From assembly GCF_002075285.3 (NCBI RefSeq), contig NZ_CP021983.2, forward strand, positions 4,110,001 to 4,142,000: 32,000 nucleotides of DNA. The letters are read 5' to 3'. Origin of the DNA: Halomicronema hongdechloris C2206 (GTDB lineage Bacteria; Cyanobacteriota; Cyanobacteriia; Phormidesmidales; Phormidesmidaceae). Shown here piece by piece: positions 14,602-24,050 of this stretch. The position numbers were made by a program, and so were the translations under genes. Every line of letters starts with the position of its first letter. Within the stretch, counting starts at the first letter, position 1. A model generated the notes under the pieces. It saw only the letters and a list, made by a program, of their open reading frames with translations. It was not told where the DNA came from and did not search any database.

Positions 14602-15540
14602 TTATTGAGAGTGCCTTCTGCTCCCTTGAGGACCCTGGCAACGGGCCTGCACGAAGCGTTCTAGGCCTGCTAAATCTCGATGCCTCTGCAGATCGCAGTA
14701 GGCGCCGTGCTGTTGTAGCTGCTGCAGGATGGTGGCTGGTTGTCCGGCCATAGCTTCGATTAACCATAGGCCGTTAGCTTGCAAGTAGTCAGGGGCAGCA
14801 TCGATCAGGTGCTGAATGGCAGTTAGTCCATCGGGGCCTCCGTCCAGGGCCAGACGGGGTTCATGGACAGCGACCTCTGGGGCTAGGGTCGCGACCATGG
14901 CGCTGGGAATATAGGGGGGATTGGCAACCATGCCGGCCAGTTGTCCCCGCAGGTCTGCTAAGGGAGTAAACCAATGTCCCTGGCGCAGTTCGATGCGATC
15001 GCACAGTCCATTAGCCGCTGCATTGGCTGCCGCAAGGGCCAGGGCCTCGGCAGAGCAATCGACTGCGATGATGTGAGCCCGGGGCAGGGCTTTAGCCAAG
15101 CCCAAGGCAATAGCTCCACTACCGGTACCCAAGTCCACCCAGGTGCCGGCTTCTAGGGCAGGGGTCTGGGCCACCGCTGCATGCACCAACTCAATCAACA
15201 GCTCGGTTTCAGGGCGGGGAATCAGCACAGCCGTAGACACCTGTAGCGTGAAATCCCGCCATTGAGTCTGACCCACCAAATATTGCACCGGGATATGCTC
15301 TTGCCGGCGCCGTTGCCAGAGCGTTTCTAGGGCCGGCAATCCATAGCGACACGGAATCGCAGCTCGTTGCCGAAAGCTCTGCAGCCGTAAAGACAAGCCA
15401 TCTACATCGCTAATGGCCCGCACCAGCCAGTCCACCTCGGCAGGGTCAATCTGTTGCGCCAGCGCCTGTTGACGGGCCATCTGCCACCACTGCCACAGCT
15501 CCGAACCAGTGATAGTATGGGCACCTTCGGTCCTCGACAC
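14602..15540 (-). CDS. prmC: Peptide chain release factor N5-glutamine methyltransferase PrmC (HemK)
   Basis: Contains VLIPRPETE, the SAM motif DLGTGSGAIAL and the catalytic NPPY (VANPPYIP). The track ORF (558 aa, extending to 16278) is over-extended into the upstream gene. I place the start at the GTG at 15538-15540, with a GGAGG SD 5-6 nt upstream. That start is 17 nt after the NACHT gene's stop. Confidence 0.85.
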   Translation of the reverse strand: MSRTEGAHTITGSELWQWWQMARQQALAQQIDPAEVDWLVRAISDVDGLSLRLQSFRQRAAIPCRYGLPALETLWQRRRQEHIPVQYLVGQTQWRDFTLQVSTAVLIPRPETELLIELVHAAVAQTPALEAGTWVDLGTGSGAIALGLAKALPRAHIIAVDCSAEALALAAANAAANGLCDRIELRQGHWFTPLADLRGQLAGMVANPPYIPSAMVATLAPEVAVHEPRLALDGGPDGLTAIQHLIDAAPDYLQANGLWLIEAMAGQPATILQQLQQHGAYCDLQRHRDLAGLERFVQARCQGPQGSRRHSQ

Positions 15541-15557
15541 TGCTCCCTCCACTGCCC

Positions 15558-17408
15558 CTAGCCCAGCCGACGATGGCTCGATGGGTCTGGCAGAAACTGC
15601 TGTCGCACCAGGTCGTGTACGAAGCGATAGCCCCCGCCCACCTGCTGCAACAGGCGGCGTTCGGTGGCGTAGCCTAGAAACCGCCGATAGTTCCAGGGCA
15701 TAGGGCGCTGGGCGCTGAAGCAGAGCAGCCCCCGGATGAGGAAATGCTGTAGACCGTAGGAGGACCACAGGGCCAGGGCTAGCAACAAGGCCAGACCAGT
15801 TCTCACTGTGGGGCTGGCCATCAAGGCTCCTGGAGATAGACCTGCGATCGCACCGATACCGACGATCACCGCTGCCACCAATAACCACGCTCCCAAGCCG
15901 TGACGCACACCATGCATCACATCTTGATTGGGCTGCAGGCGAATCTGGATAATCCCTTGCAGGCCTACCTTCAGTTCCAGAACTAGGAATCCTGCGGCTC
16001 CCAGTAATCCGCCTAGCATTCCTCCAATCCCGAAACCAGCCGAAGGATTCCCAAATCGAACCGCCCCTAACCAACCCACTCCCCCTAATAGCAATGCCCC
16101 GACCAGGGCCGGGATCACCACCCGCAATCCCAGGGCTAACCCCGCCGGTCCAGTCAAACTGGCCAAGGACAACTGATAGGTGGGGGCCGCCTCCACATCT
16201 ACCTGGGAGCCCATCAGTCCAACCGCCAGGCCCACTAGCCATTGCTGAGACACCGAGCCAACCAATAGGGCCAGGCATAACCCTAGCAGCAGCCGATAGA
16301 CCCAGCCGCTAGTCCCTGGCAGCAGGGCCGGTCGCAATTCATCAATATAGAAAGTATGGCCCTGGTGTTCCATCCGCTGGGCCAGCCAGCTCAAATACCG
16401 TCGTGTGGTGGCCTCATTGGGGTGTTGTCCCTGGCCATAGTGCCGACTCTGAATCGGTCGGCTGAGTTGGCGTTCCACATAGGCCTGCACCAGTGCCGAC
16501 TGTTTCTTCTGTATTGCTTGGCCATCATAGGCTTCCACCAAGCAGTTCAACAGCAAGGGAAACCGAGCCAACTGCTGCAGGACTGAACTGGCTTTAATGC
16601 CCTTCCACAGCTCTGGCCGCTGCACCCCCATGACATACTCCTTCACCTGCTGCGCCACTAGGGGCCGCAAATGAATGCCACCATTAAACTCACTCAGGGT
16701 AATGCCCGTCTGCTCTAAAATCTTACGCCGACAGCAAAACACCACCGTCTGGTTCCAATGGGAGCGCATATAGGTCTCTACTACCCGAGCACACTGGCGT
16801 TGTTGGGCACCCTGCAAGGCATCAAAGCCGTCTAGCATCAAGGTCAGGGCATGGGTTTCCATCCAGACCTTCGATAGGGTCATCGGTAAGCGATACTGCT
16901 GCCAAAGTTGCCCCTGAACCCAAGGCAAGAGCTCTTCCCCCTGCCAATCAGCCAAATCCAGCAACACCGGAACCGGTGATGCCGTAGTCGCCGCCCTTTG
17001 GAGCAACTTTGCAGTCATCCGCCAGAGGGTATGGGTCTTGCCAGCTCCGGCTTCTCCCAAGATCAAGAGCCGCCCGGTAATATCATCTCGCTGAAACAGC
17101 TCAACCACCTCGTCAATGGTCGACAACACCTGAGTTTTTTGCTGAGTAACCCGAAAGGACCAGATTTGAAACTTTAGGGTAATCAGGTCTTCTGGTGGGG
17201 ATGAGGCCGCAGGCGTGCCTTGACGTTGCCGGGCTCCCCCTGGCACTCCAACCACTGACTGCTGAGGCCGCCGCATCTGCTGCAGCCGATAGAGTGATGA
17301 CTGTTGGCAAAGTCGCACCTGTTGCCCCACCGCCCGAATTAACTGTTGGCGATCTTGAGCCGTCGGCTGACGCCCAGGGAGAAGTTGCAGTAAGGAAGAC
17401 TCGACCAT
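15558..17408 (-). CDS. NACHT-domain STAND NTPase with a polytopic membrane C-terminal region (about 5-7 TM)
   Basis: Walker A is GEAGAGKTHTL (aa 118-128) and Walker B is LTLMLDGFDAL. RFPLLLNCLV is a typical NACHT winged-helix region. aa about 365-570 (nt about 15700-16320) are Gly/Ala/Leu-rich hydrophobic segments. The C-terminal PWNYRRFLGYATERRLLQQVGGGYRFVHDLVRQQF motif recurs in cyanobacterial NACHT proteins. Confidence 0.85.
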   Translation of the reverse strand: MVESSLLQLLPGRQPTAQDRQQLIRAVGQQVRLCQQSSLYRLQQMRRPQQSVVGVPGGARQRQGTPAASSPPEDLITLKFQIWSFRVTQQKTQVLSTIDEVVELFQRDDITGRLLILGEAGAGKTHTLWRMTAKLLQRAATTASPVPVLLDLADWQGEELLPWVQGQLWQQYRLPMTLSKVWMETHALTLMLDGFDALQGAQQRQCARVVETYMRSHWNQTVVFCCRRKILEQTGITLSEFNGGIHLRPLVAQQVKEYVMGVQRPELWKGIKASSVLQQLARFPLLLNCLVEAYDGQAIQKKQSALVQAYVERQLSRPIQSRHYGQGQHPNEATTRRYLSWLAQRMEHQGHTFYIDELRPALLPGTSGWVYRLLLGLCLALLVGSVSQQWLVGLAVGLMGSQVDVEAAPTYQLSLASLTGPAGLALGLRVVIPALVGALLLGGVGWLGAVRFGNPSAGFGIGGMLGGLLGAAGFLVLELKVGLQGIIQIRLQPNQDVMHGVRHGLGAWLLVAAVIVGIGAIAGLSPGALMASPTVRTGLALLLALALWSSYGLQHFLIRGLLCFSAQRPMPWNYRRFLGYATERRLLQQVGGGYRFVHDLVRQQFLPDPSSHRRLG

Positions 17409-17805
17409 GGAAAAACGCCAGATGCACGCAGATAACCTATGGCCACAACTATAGCAATCTCCTTACCAAGGAGACGATTAGACTAAAAATTCTAGGTCTC
17501 AACTCCCCCTGCCGTTGACCACAAGCCCTAAAGCTCTGGCCTCATAGCACCGCTAGCCTTGATACCGTTAGTCTGCTTTGTTCTCGGCGGTGACAGTCCG
17601 GTTTTCTGTTGGTATTCAAGTCAACGTGTTCCGAAAGCCCTTGTGATCAAGGCGTTGAGGCGATCGGCTGAGTACTTGAAGCAAGTTATACTGAAGAAGT
17701 CTCCATTACATGACCGGGCTTGATGCCTACTGACAGTCAGTTGAGTCACTTAGATATTGCTGCTGATATGCTCTGGTGAGCCAATGCAGTCCCGCTGTTC
17801 ATGAG

Positions 17806-18576
17806 TTATGCTGGCCAGTGGACGGTGGCTAGGGATTGCCAACTGGGCTTGGCGAAATAAAATCCTTGCAGTAACTCAATGCCCATGTCTTGTAACGCTT
17901 GCATCTCTTCATAGGTTTCGATGCCTTCGGCAATCAGTTCGACACAGAGTTCTCGACAGACCTGTACGATCCCTTTGACAATCGCCTGTCGACTATTATC
18001 TTGATCGATATGCCGAGTCAAGGCCATATCCAACTTAATATAGTCAGTTTGAAAGTCTGCCAATAAGTTGAGCCCGGAATGACCGGCGCCAAAGTCATCA
18101 ATGGCCGTACGAAACCCCCGACGCTTATAATCCTCCACAATAGAACGGAGGTGAGTCAGATCTTTTACCTCTTCCGACTCAGTAAACTCAAAGATGATGC
18201 GATCCAGCGGAAATTGATATCGCTTGGCGGCCATCAAAGTAGTTTGGATACAGTTTTCGGGATGATAGACGGCATTAGGCAGAAAGTTGATGCTAAGGTC
18301 GCTTTGGATATTGAGTCGGGCAGCTAGCTCCACGGCCTTGACCCGACAGGCTTGATCAAAGTCGTAGCGAGTTTTATCCGTTACTTGAGCTAGAACATAG
18401 CCAGCAGATTCCCCATGTAGCCCACGCACCAGGGCCTCTTGGGCGAAGATCTGACGTGTTGCCATATTCACGATGGGTTGAAACGCCATGGTGAAGTCGA
18501 AGTCTAATCTCTGGCCTCGATTGCAATCAATGCAAGCGGGGAGGCTTGGAGGCTTCTGATCAGTCATAATAGGCAT
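17806..18576 (-). CDS. Stand-alone EAL-domain protein (predicted c-di-GMP phosphodiesterase)
   Basis: The catalytic signatures are all present: QEALVR, INFLPN, EFTESE, IDDFGAGHSGL, IKLD, AEGIET, LQGFYFAKP. The start is uncertain: the ATG at 18576 is preferred, an ATG at 18567 is also possible, and the track ORF starts at a GTG at 18669. Confidence 0.85.
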   Translation of the reverse strand: MPIMTDQKPPSLPACIDCNRGQRLDFDFTMAFQPIVNMATRQIFAQEALVRGLHGESAGYVLAQVTDKTRYDFDQACRVKAVELAARLNIQSDLSINFLPNAVYHPENCIQTTLMAAKRYQFPLDRIIFEFTESEEVKDLTHLRSIVEDYKRRGFRTAIDDFGAGHSGLNLLADFQTDYIKLDMALTRHIDQDNSRQAIVKGIVQVCRELCVELIAEGIETYEEMQALQDMGIELLQGFYFAKPSWQSLATVHWPA

Positions 18577-18799
18577 CTTCGGTGAACGAATAGTAAGCTC
18601 AACGTTGGATACGGATAGATTCAGTGTGCGACCGACGAGTTTTATCCCATTGCCCCCTAAGCTAGGCACAGTAACTCACCATCACAACGATGTCTGGGGA
18701 CATCTTGCTGCTGTGGTAAGGAACACCTGAGGCAGACCTATCCCCACGACATTGGATCAGGGATCTCTCCAGCGTCTTTGTTCTAGGATAAGACAACAC

Positions 18800-18838
18800 A
18801 AAAAACATCCTAGAAGCAATAGCACTGCCCCTAGGATG
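18800..18838 (-). terminator. Rho-independent terminator of htpG
   Basis: The minus strand reads CATCCTAG-(17-nt loop)-CTAGGATG followed by TTTTTT, 20 nt after the htpG stop. Confidence 0.75.
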
Positions 18839-18858
18839 CCCAAGTTTTTGGAAGGGGA

Positions 18859-20844
18859 TTACACCTTCTCGGTGAGTTGGGTGAGGAGTTGATTAGAGCG
18901 GTCGACGAAGGTGGTCATGCCTTCAGCATCGAAGCCTTTCTGGGCCATCAGAGCCAGGTCATAGACCTGCTGGCAAATTAGCTGCGCCAACTCAGCGGAG
19001 GGAGAACTGCCGCCGCCAGTTTGAATGATGCTGCCCTGACTAAGGTTGAGTAGATTCTGAATCAGAGGATGGGCCGTATTCACCATCAACACGTGTTCTT
19101 CCGGGAACTCAATGGCTTTCTGTTGAATCAGGGCGCTCATTTCCTGCATGCGGCGGGTGGCCTCTGGTAGCAGCACCATGGCTGGAGGAGCTGTCGCATC
19201 TCCCTTGAGAGCTTGGGGCTTGATGTTGACCTTGGGTTTGTTGAGGGCTTGCTCGAACAGCTCTTTGATTTGATCGGCGCGGGTCTTATTAGTGGTGGGG
19301 TCGACGATCTCGCTATCTTGCTCCCGATCCACTAGGGTGTCATCCAGGTCGGCGTCTACCCGAGAGAACTTGATGTCGGAGTATTCTCGCTCCAGGAATG
19401 ATACGAAGTGGGTGTCGATGAAGGAGTCCATGAATAGGACTTCTAAGCCCTGGCTCTTGTGGAGTTCGATGTAGGTAGCCTGGGAGACCTCATCGGTAGC
19501 ATAAAAGACCCGGTTTTCGTGGCGGTCTTTGTTGCGCTCTAGGTATTCCTTCAGGGTGGTGTAGTGGTAGCCCCGCTGGTCGGTGGCACTCTCTTCATTG
19601 GCGGAAACCTCTTGCCAGACATCATCGCCGCCGGATTCAACTTCGACCTTGGCCGAGTCGCCCTGAGCCTGGCTGAGGTTAGCGGTGGTGCGGAAGATGA
19701 GGATGTCTTCGACCTGTTGCTTGAATTTCTCGTCGTTGAGGGAGCCAAACTTGACGAAGGTGCCCAGGTCTTGCCAGCTGCGCACATACTGTTTGCGATC
19801 GCTTCTATAGAGTTGCTTCAGACTATCGGCAACTTTGCGGGCAATGTAGTCGGCGATGCGGCGCACGGTGCGGTCATTCTGCAGGAAACTGCGGGAGACA
19901 TTCAATGGAATATCGCTGCTGTCGATGACTCCCCGCAGCGGCATCAGGAAGCGGGGAATCACTTCTTCGCAGTTGTCGGTGACAAATACCTGGTTGCAGA
20001 ACAGTTTGATGTGACTCTTAGTGACATCGATGTCTGGCTGCAGCTTGGGAAAGTAAAGAATGCCGTTGACGACGAAGGGATAGTCTGTGTTCAGGTGAAC
20101 CCACAGCAGTGGATCTTCCTGGAAGGGATAGAGGTAGCGATAGAACTCTAGATAGTCGTCGTCGCTGAGGCTGCTAGGCGATTTCTTCCACAGGGCCTCG
20201 TGCTGGTTAACCACCTCTCCATCCAGCTTGATGGGCACCGGCATGAAGTCGCAATAGGTCTTGATTAACTGGCGAATCCGGGCTGGCTCTAGGTACTCTT
20301 TCTCATCCTCCATCAGAGTGAGGGTGATGGTGGTGCCATGCTGGCTGCGGTCGGAGTCAGAGAGCTCAAACTGGGTGGTACCGTCACAGGACCAGTGCAC
20401 AGCCGTTGCTCCTTCTTGGTAGGAGAGGCTATCGATTTCAACCCGACTGGCCACCATAAATGAGGAGTAAAATCCGAGGCCGAAGTGACCGATGATGGGC
20501 TGATCGGCATTATCTTTGTACTTGCTGATAAATTCTTCAGCACTGGAGAAGGCCACTTGATTGATATATTTTTTGATTTCATCAGCGGTCATGCCGATGC
20601 CAGTGTCGCAGACGCTGAGAGTACCTTTGTCTTTGTCGAGGGTGATTTCAATCTCTGGGTTGGTAATGTCTCCAGAAAAATCTCCAGCCCGAGCCACCAT
20701 GGATAGCTTTTGAATGGCGTCTACGGCATTGGAGACGAGTTCCCGTAAGAAGATTTCATGATCTGAATACAGCCATTTCTTGATAATCGGGAAAATATTC
20801 TCAGTATGAATATTAATGTTTCCCTGCTCTAGAATCGTGGTCAT
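18859..20844 (-). CDS. htpG: Molecular chaperone HtpG (Hsp90)
   Basis: 661 aa. The N-terminal GHKL ATPase motifs are FLRELVSNAVDA, DTGIGMT and GHFGLGFYSSFMV. The protein has full Hsp90 length. Confidence 0.95.
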   Translation of the reverse strand: MTTILEQGNINIHTENIFPIIKKWLYSDHEIFLRELVSNAVDAIQKLSMVARAGDFSGDITNPEIEITLDKDKGTLSVCDTGIGMTADEIKKYINQVAFSSAEEFISKYKDNADQPIIGHFGLGFYSSFMVASRVEIDSLSYQEGATAVHWSCDGTTQFELSDSDRSQHGTTITLTLMEDEKEYLEPARIRQLIKTYCDFMPVPIKLDGEVVNQHEALWKKSPSSLSDDDYLEFYRYLYPFQEDPLLWVHLNTDYPFVVNGILYFPKLQPDIDVTKSHIKLFCNQVFVTDNCEEVIPRFLMPLRGVIDSSDIPLNVSRSFLQNDRTVRRIADYIARKVADSLKQLYRSDRKQYVRSWQDLGTFVKFGSLNDEKFKQQVEDILIFRTTANLSQAQGDSAKVEVESGGDDVWQEVSANEESATDQRGYHYTTLKEYLERNKDRHENRVFYATDEVSQATYIELHKSQGLEVLFMDSFIDTHFVSFLEREYSDIKFSRVDADLDDTLVDREQDSEIVDPTTNKTRADQIKELFEQALNKPKVNIKPQALKGDATAPPAMVLLPEATRRMQEMSALIQQKAIEFPEEHVLMVNTAHPLIQNLLNLSQGSIIQTGGGSSPSAELAQLICQQVYDLALMAQKGFDAEGMTTFVDRSNQLLTQLTEKV

Positions 20845-20954
20845 GGCTACTCCACCGCTACAGTGCCAAATGGTCTTAAGTGCTTATTGTGGTGCGATCG
20901 CATCCTGCTTACAAGCGGCAATTGCTCACAAAGCAGGTTCGGTTTCCCCACCCT

Positions 20955-21049
<95 letters not shown>

Positions 21050-21228
21050 ATGGGTAGCGTGGGTCGTTTTAGGAAAATTCTGGGAAAGAAAATACCTTGA
21101 GTAGGGGCGCAGGCCCTGCGCCCTTGGGTAACAGCCCATAAAGTGGGTAATTTTGTTTCAAGAGATCTCCTTACTTAAGCGAGGGACGTTATGAGTGGCC
21201 AGGGAAGGACCCACGAGGAAAGGATAAA

Positions 21229-21252
21229 GGCAAAAGGCAGAAGTCAGAAAGG
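21229..21252. repeat. Heptamer tract GGCAAAA GGCAGAA GTCAGAA AGG (GGCAGAA family)
   Basis: Direct reading. It is bracketed by complementary segments: AGGGACG (21181-87) with CGTCCCT (21260-66), and GGACC with GGTCC. Confidence 0.8.
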
Positions 21253-21504
21253 TCCATCGCGTCCCTGCCGATGCGACGCGATCTAGCGCTGCTAATCGAC
21301 GTCCCCTTCCGCAGGTCCAGGGCGGTGGTTCGACAAGCTCACCACAAGCGGTTCGCCCCGGTCGTCGGAGTCCGAGGGGATCTCGTTCCCCTCGGGCGAG
21401 CACTCTGAGCTACCCAATTAAGCGTAGTCTTATCGAGGTCTATCACGCTTTGCCGATGCGACGCGATCTACAACGGCTGATTGACCATCTTCCGCGGGAT
21501 CCAG
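21251..21504. repeat. Two copies of an imperfect direct repeat of about 70 bp (21251-21320 and 21437-21504) with an identical 20-bp core, TGCCGATGCGACGCGATCTA
   Basis: Direct reading. The cores lie at 21266-21285 and 21451-21470, and the flanks align at roughly three quarters identity by eye. The spacer holds a perfect 9-bp stem, CCGAGGGGA (21372-80) / TCCCCTCGG (21387-95). Confidence 0.8.
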
Positions 21505-21595
21505 AACGCAGGCTAGACGCCGCCCGACAGAGCCGCCTGTTTACCCTAATCGTTTGCCCTAATCATCATAGAAGCATAATTGCTGCAGCGGAATT

Positions 21596-22639
21596 CTAGG
21601 AGCGGCACAATTGCCGATAGACATCTAGGGTTTTGTCGCCAATCACCGACCAATCCAGCCAATCCAGGGGAGCCTGCCGCGGCCGCTCAGCGTTGGTTTG
21701 GGCCATGAGGGCCGCCTCTAGCCGCTCGGCCGTCAGGGGGCCCTCATAGGTTTCCACCCAGGTGGTTCCCAGTTGCTGTTGCCACTCCGGCATGGCCCCT
21801 AAGTGGGGGACTAACACGGGACGATCAAACGAAAGGGCCAAAAGTACACTGCCGGAATTGAGAATCGCCTGGAAGGGTAATACCACTAAATCGGCAGCCT
21901 GAAAAAATACCTGGAGGCCATCGTCGGCAATGAAACGCAGGTGTAACCGCACTCGCCCATCATCGCCTGCCGCCTGCTCAATGGCAGTTCTTAACGGCTC
22001 ATCATCGGGATGCCCCGCCACCACCAAGGCGATGTCCGGTTGTTGAATTTGGCGAAAGGTGGTGATCAATTGCGGCACATTTTTATAGGGGCTGATATAG
22101 CCCAAGAACAGCAGGGTGGGATGGCTGTCGGGAATCCCCAACTGGTCCTTCGCCGCCGTCTTCGAGATCTGATTGGCATAGACTTGACGATAGTGACCAT
22201 GGGGAATCACAAAACTAGGTTTGTCGGCCAACTCAGGCAGTTGTGCCGGTAAGCGCTGCTGGCTTACCTGGCAGAGGGTAATGGTGGCATCGACTCGATG
22301 GACTAGCAGAGACTGACACCAATGGGCCAGGCCAGGGTGTAGGAGCACATGGGGTTGTTCATCGTGGATGGTCCAAACCACCTGGGCTTCTCGCCAACGA
22401 GCCCAGTGCAATAGGCCCATGAATAGTAGCATCCGCAATAGAGCCATGGACCACCGGGGGTGACGCACGATGGTTTCCACCGGCCAGTGGATGTGAATGA
22501 TGTCATAGCGCCCAGTGAGTAAGCGGCGGGGAGAGAGTTCCTCCACCGTCACCCCTGATTGCACCATAGACGTATACAGTAACCAGGGATAGGGGTTTTT
22601 ATAGCGGGTTTTGAAGGCAGGCCAGGCTAATACTTTCAT
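21596..22639 (-). CDS. Glycosyltransferase (GT1/GT4-like fold)
   Basis: 347-aa ORF. The C-terminal half (LLFLGYISPYKNV...VVAGHP...ADLVVLPF...NSGSVLLALSFDRPVLVP) resembles the GT-B retaining family. It is co-directional with the HpsE-like GT2 gene upstream. Confidence 0.7.
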   Translation of the reverse strand: MKVLAWPAFKTRYKNPYPWLLYTSMVQSGVTVEELSPRRLLTGRYDIIHIHWPVETIVRHPRWSMALLRMLLFMGLLHWARWREAQVVWTIHDEQPHVLLHPGLAHWCQSLLVHRVDATITLCQVSQQRLPAQLPELADKPSFVIPHGHYRQVYANQISKTAAKDQLGIPDSHPTLLFLGYISPYKNVPQLITTFRQIQQPDIALVVAGHPDDEPLRTAIEQAAGDDGRVRLHLRFIADDGLQVFFQAADLVVLPFQAILNSGSVLLALSFDRPVLVPHLGAMPEWQQQLGTTWVETYEGPLTAERLEAALMAQTNAERPRQAPLDWLDWSVIGDKTLDVYRQLCRS

Positions 22640-22829
22640 GGCAATGGCAGCGGTTGCGATTCCTTCTCAGAATGCCCACATCCAAGAGAAATGCTCTCGC
22701 CAGCCCCTGAGAGGCCATTTGAAAACTCGGCTGAAAGCCCTGCAGGGCAAGCGTTTTAGAGCGTATGGCTCTGTTGGCCAGAATCCAGTCTGGAGCAAGG
22801 TTGCCGGGTACTTTCCAAATATCCTCTGA

Positions 22830-23876
22830 TCAAGGTGTCCCGGAACGATAAGGATGCCCAGGGAAAATGCGAAGACAGATGAAACGTTGCCCCAGGTAAA
22901 ATGGACTGATTAAGCTCCACAGAAACAGTTGCAGCTCGCAGGCTGCCACCAGATCCTCATCAATACGATGGCGATAACGCAATAGATGCCATAGGACCTT
23001 CAGGGTATCGCTGAGTAGGTAACAGGGTAGAATCAAGGGCCGTTGCCAGGGGTAGACACTCAACATGCGAGTGACGTAACGGCTGAGGCCAATGCCCCGA
23101 AAGAAGGGCAGCAGGTAATGGCGTTGCAACCGCTCGGCTGGGATGGCATGCCGTAGGGTCATGGCAGGGTTATACCAAATCTCCCAGTCAGACAGCTGAA
23201 TGTAAGAAACGGCCTCTAAATCTTCTCCGGCTAATCGCTGAGTCGGGGTGGGGCCTGAAAGAATGCACCGGGCAGGGACTGTCTCTAACCACGCCTGTTT
23301 ACGCACCACCAATCCGGCCCCTGGCGGCAATACTCGTTGCCGCCGTTCATAGCGATGTGGGGTAGGGCCGCGCTGGGTGAGGGCAAAAAAAGAGCGGATA
23401 CGGGCAAAGTTTTGAGGCGGCGGAGCCTCGAACTGGCCATAGATTTGACTGCCATAGGCCCCCGCTTGGGGATGTTGCTGGCCAAAGTCGTAGGCCGCTG
23501 CCACCCAATTAGGATCGGGTAGGTTATCGTCATCGAGAAAGCCAATGAGTTCACTGTGGGCCAGACGGATGGCTCGCTGACGGGCGAAGGAGGCCCCTTG
23601 CTGGGGCTCGAAACTGTAGCGGATCGAGCATTGCGCCTGGCAAGTGTGCTCATAACTGCGGATCAGGGAGGCGGTGTGATCACCACTGTTGTTGTCGATA
23701 ATGAGAATTTCCCACCGCAGCTGGGCTGGTGTCACCTGCTGCTGCAAACAGGCTAAAACTGCAGGTAATCGCTGGGCGCCGTTATAGGTGCAAATGACGA
23801 CGGTAAAGTCTAGGAAGGCCTCCGAGAATGTCATCGGCCTGGGCAACTCTGATCGGGCTGCTGGGACGTAAGCCAT
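22830..23876 (-). CDS. Family 2 glycosyltransferase, HpsE-like (hormogonium polysaccharide-type)
   Basis: FTVVICTYNGAQRLPAVL...EILIIDNNSGDHTA...GFLDDDN is a GT2 DxD core. GAYGSQIYGQFEAPPPQNF, GEDLEAVSYIQ and GIGLSRYVTRML match my memory of HpsE proteins. The start could be 23876 or 23834. Confidence 0.7.
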   Translation of the reverse strand: MAYVPAARSELPRPMTFSEAFLDFTVVICTYNGAQRLPAVLACLQQQVTPAQLRWEILIIDNNSGDHTASLIRSYEHTCQAQCSIRYSFEPQQGASFARQRAIRLAHSELIGFLDDDNLPDPNWVAAAYDFGQQHPQAGAYGSQIYGQFEAPPPQNFARIRSFFALTQRGPTPHRYERRQRVLPPGAGLVVRKQAWLETVPARCILSGPTPTQRLAGEDLEAVSYIQLSDWEIWYNPAMTLRHAIPAERLQRHYLLPFFRGIGLSRYVTRMLSVYPWQRPLILPCYLLSDTLKVLWHLLRYRHRIDEDLVAACELQLFLWSLISPFYLGQRFICLRIFPGHPYRSGTP

Positions 23877-24050
23877 AGTGGCAGATTAGCGACGGCCAGG
23901 AGCTGAGATTTCCATCTCTGACGAAACTGGAACGATAGGCAAAGAGGCTGTTTTCCAGCAATGTGTCCACCGATGCTACTGATTCCCCTATGACCACTCA
24001 TCATAGCCGACCGAGATCGTAAGCGCACCCTATATTTCCTTGGGGAAATC

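Noticed and set aside
14602-16278. A 558-aa ORF in the track, suggesting a very large PrmC-like protein that overlaps the NACHT gene.
   Set aside because: Only the C-terminal 312 aa look like PrmC. The N-terminal 245 aa are Gly/Pro/Arg-rich GC-bias read-through in an alternative frame of the NACHT gene. A GGAGG-preceded GTG at 15540 gives a normal-length PrmC that starts after the NACHT stop.
21140-21175. AAGGAG-5nt-TTG on the minus strand, opening a 30-aa ORF (MKQNYPLYGLLPKGAGPAPLLKVFSFPEFS) upstream of the htpG region.
   Set aside because: The ORF reads straight through a GC hairpin repeat (GGGCGCAGGCCCTGCGCCC), uses a TTG start and is very short. It is most likely a chance SD match.
21320-21350. 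The GGTGGTTCGACAAGCTCACC segment, which resembles a tRNA T-arm (GGTTCGA).
   Set aside because: The flanking sequence cannot be folded into acceptor, D and anticodon arms, and there is no matching 3' stem. The FDKLTT-type translation is a hallmark of a widespread GC-rich repeat-derived sequence.
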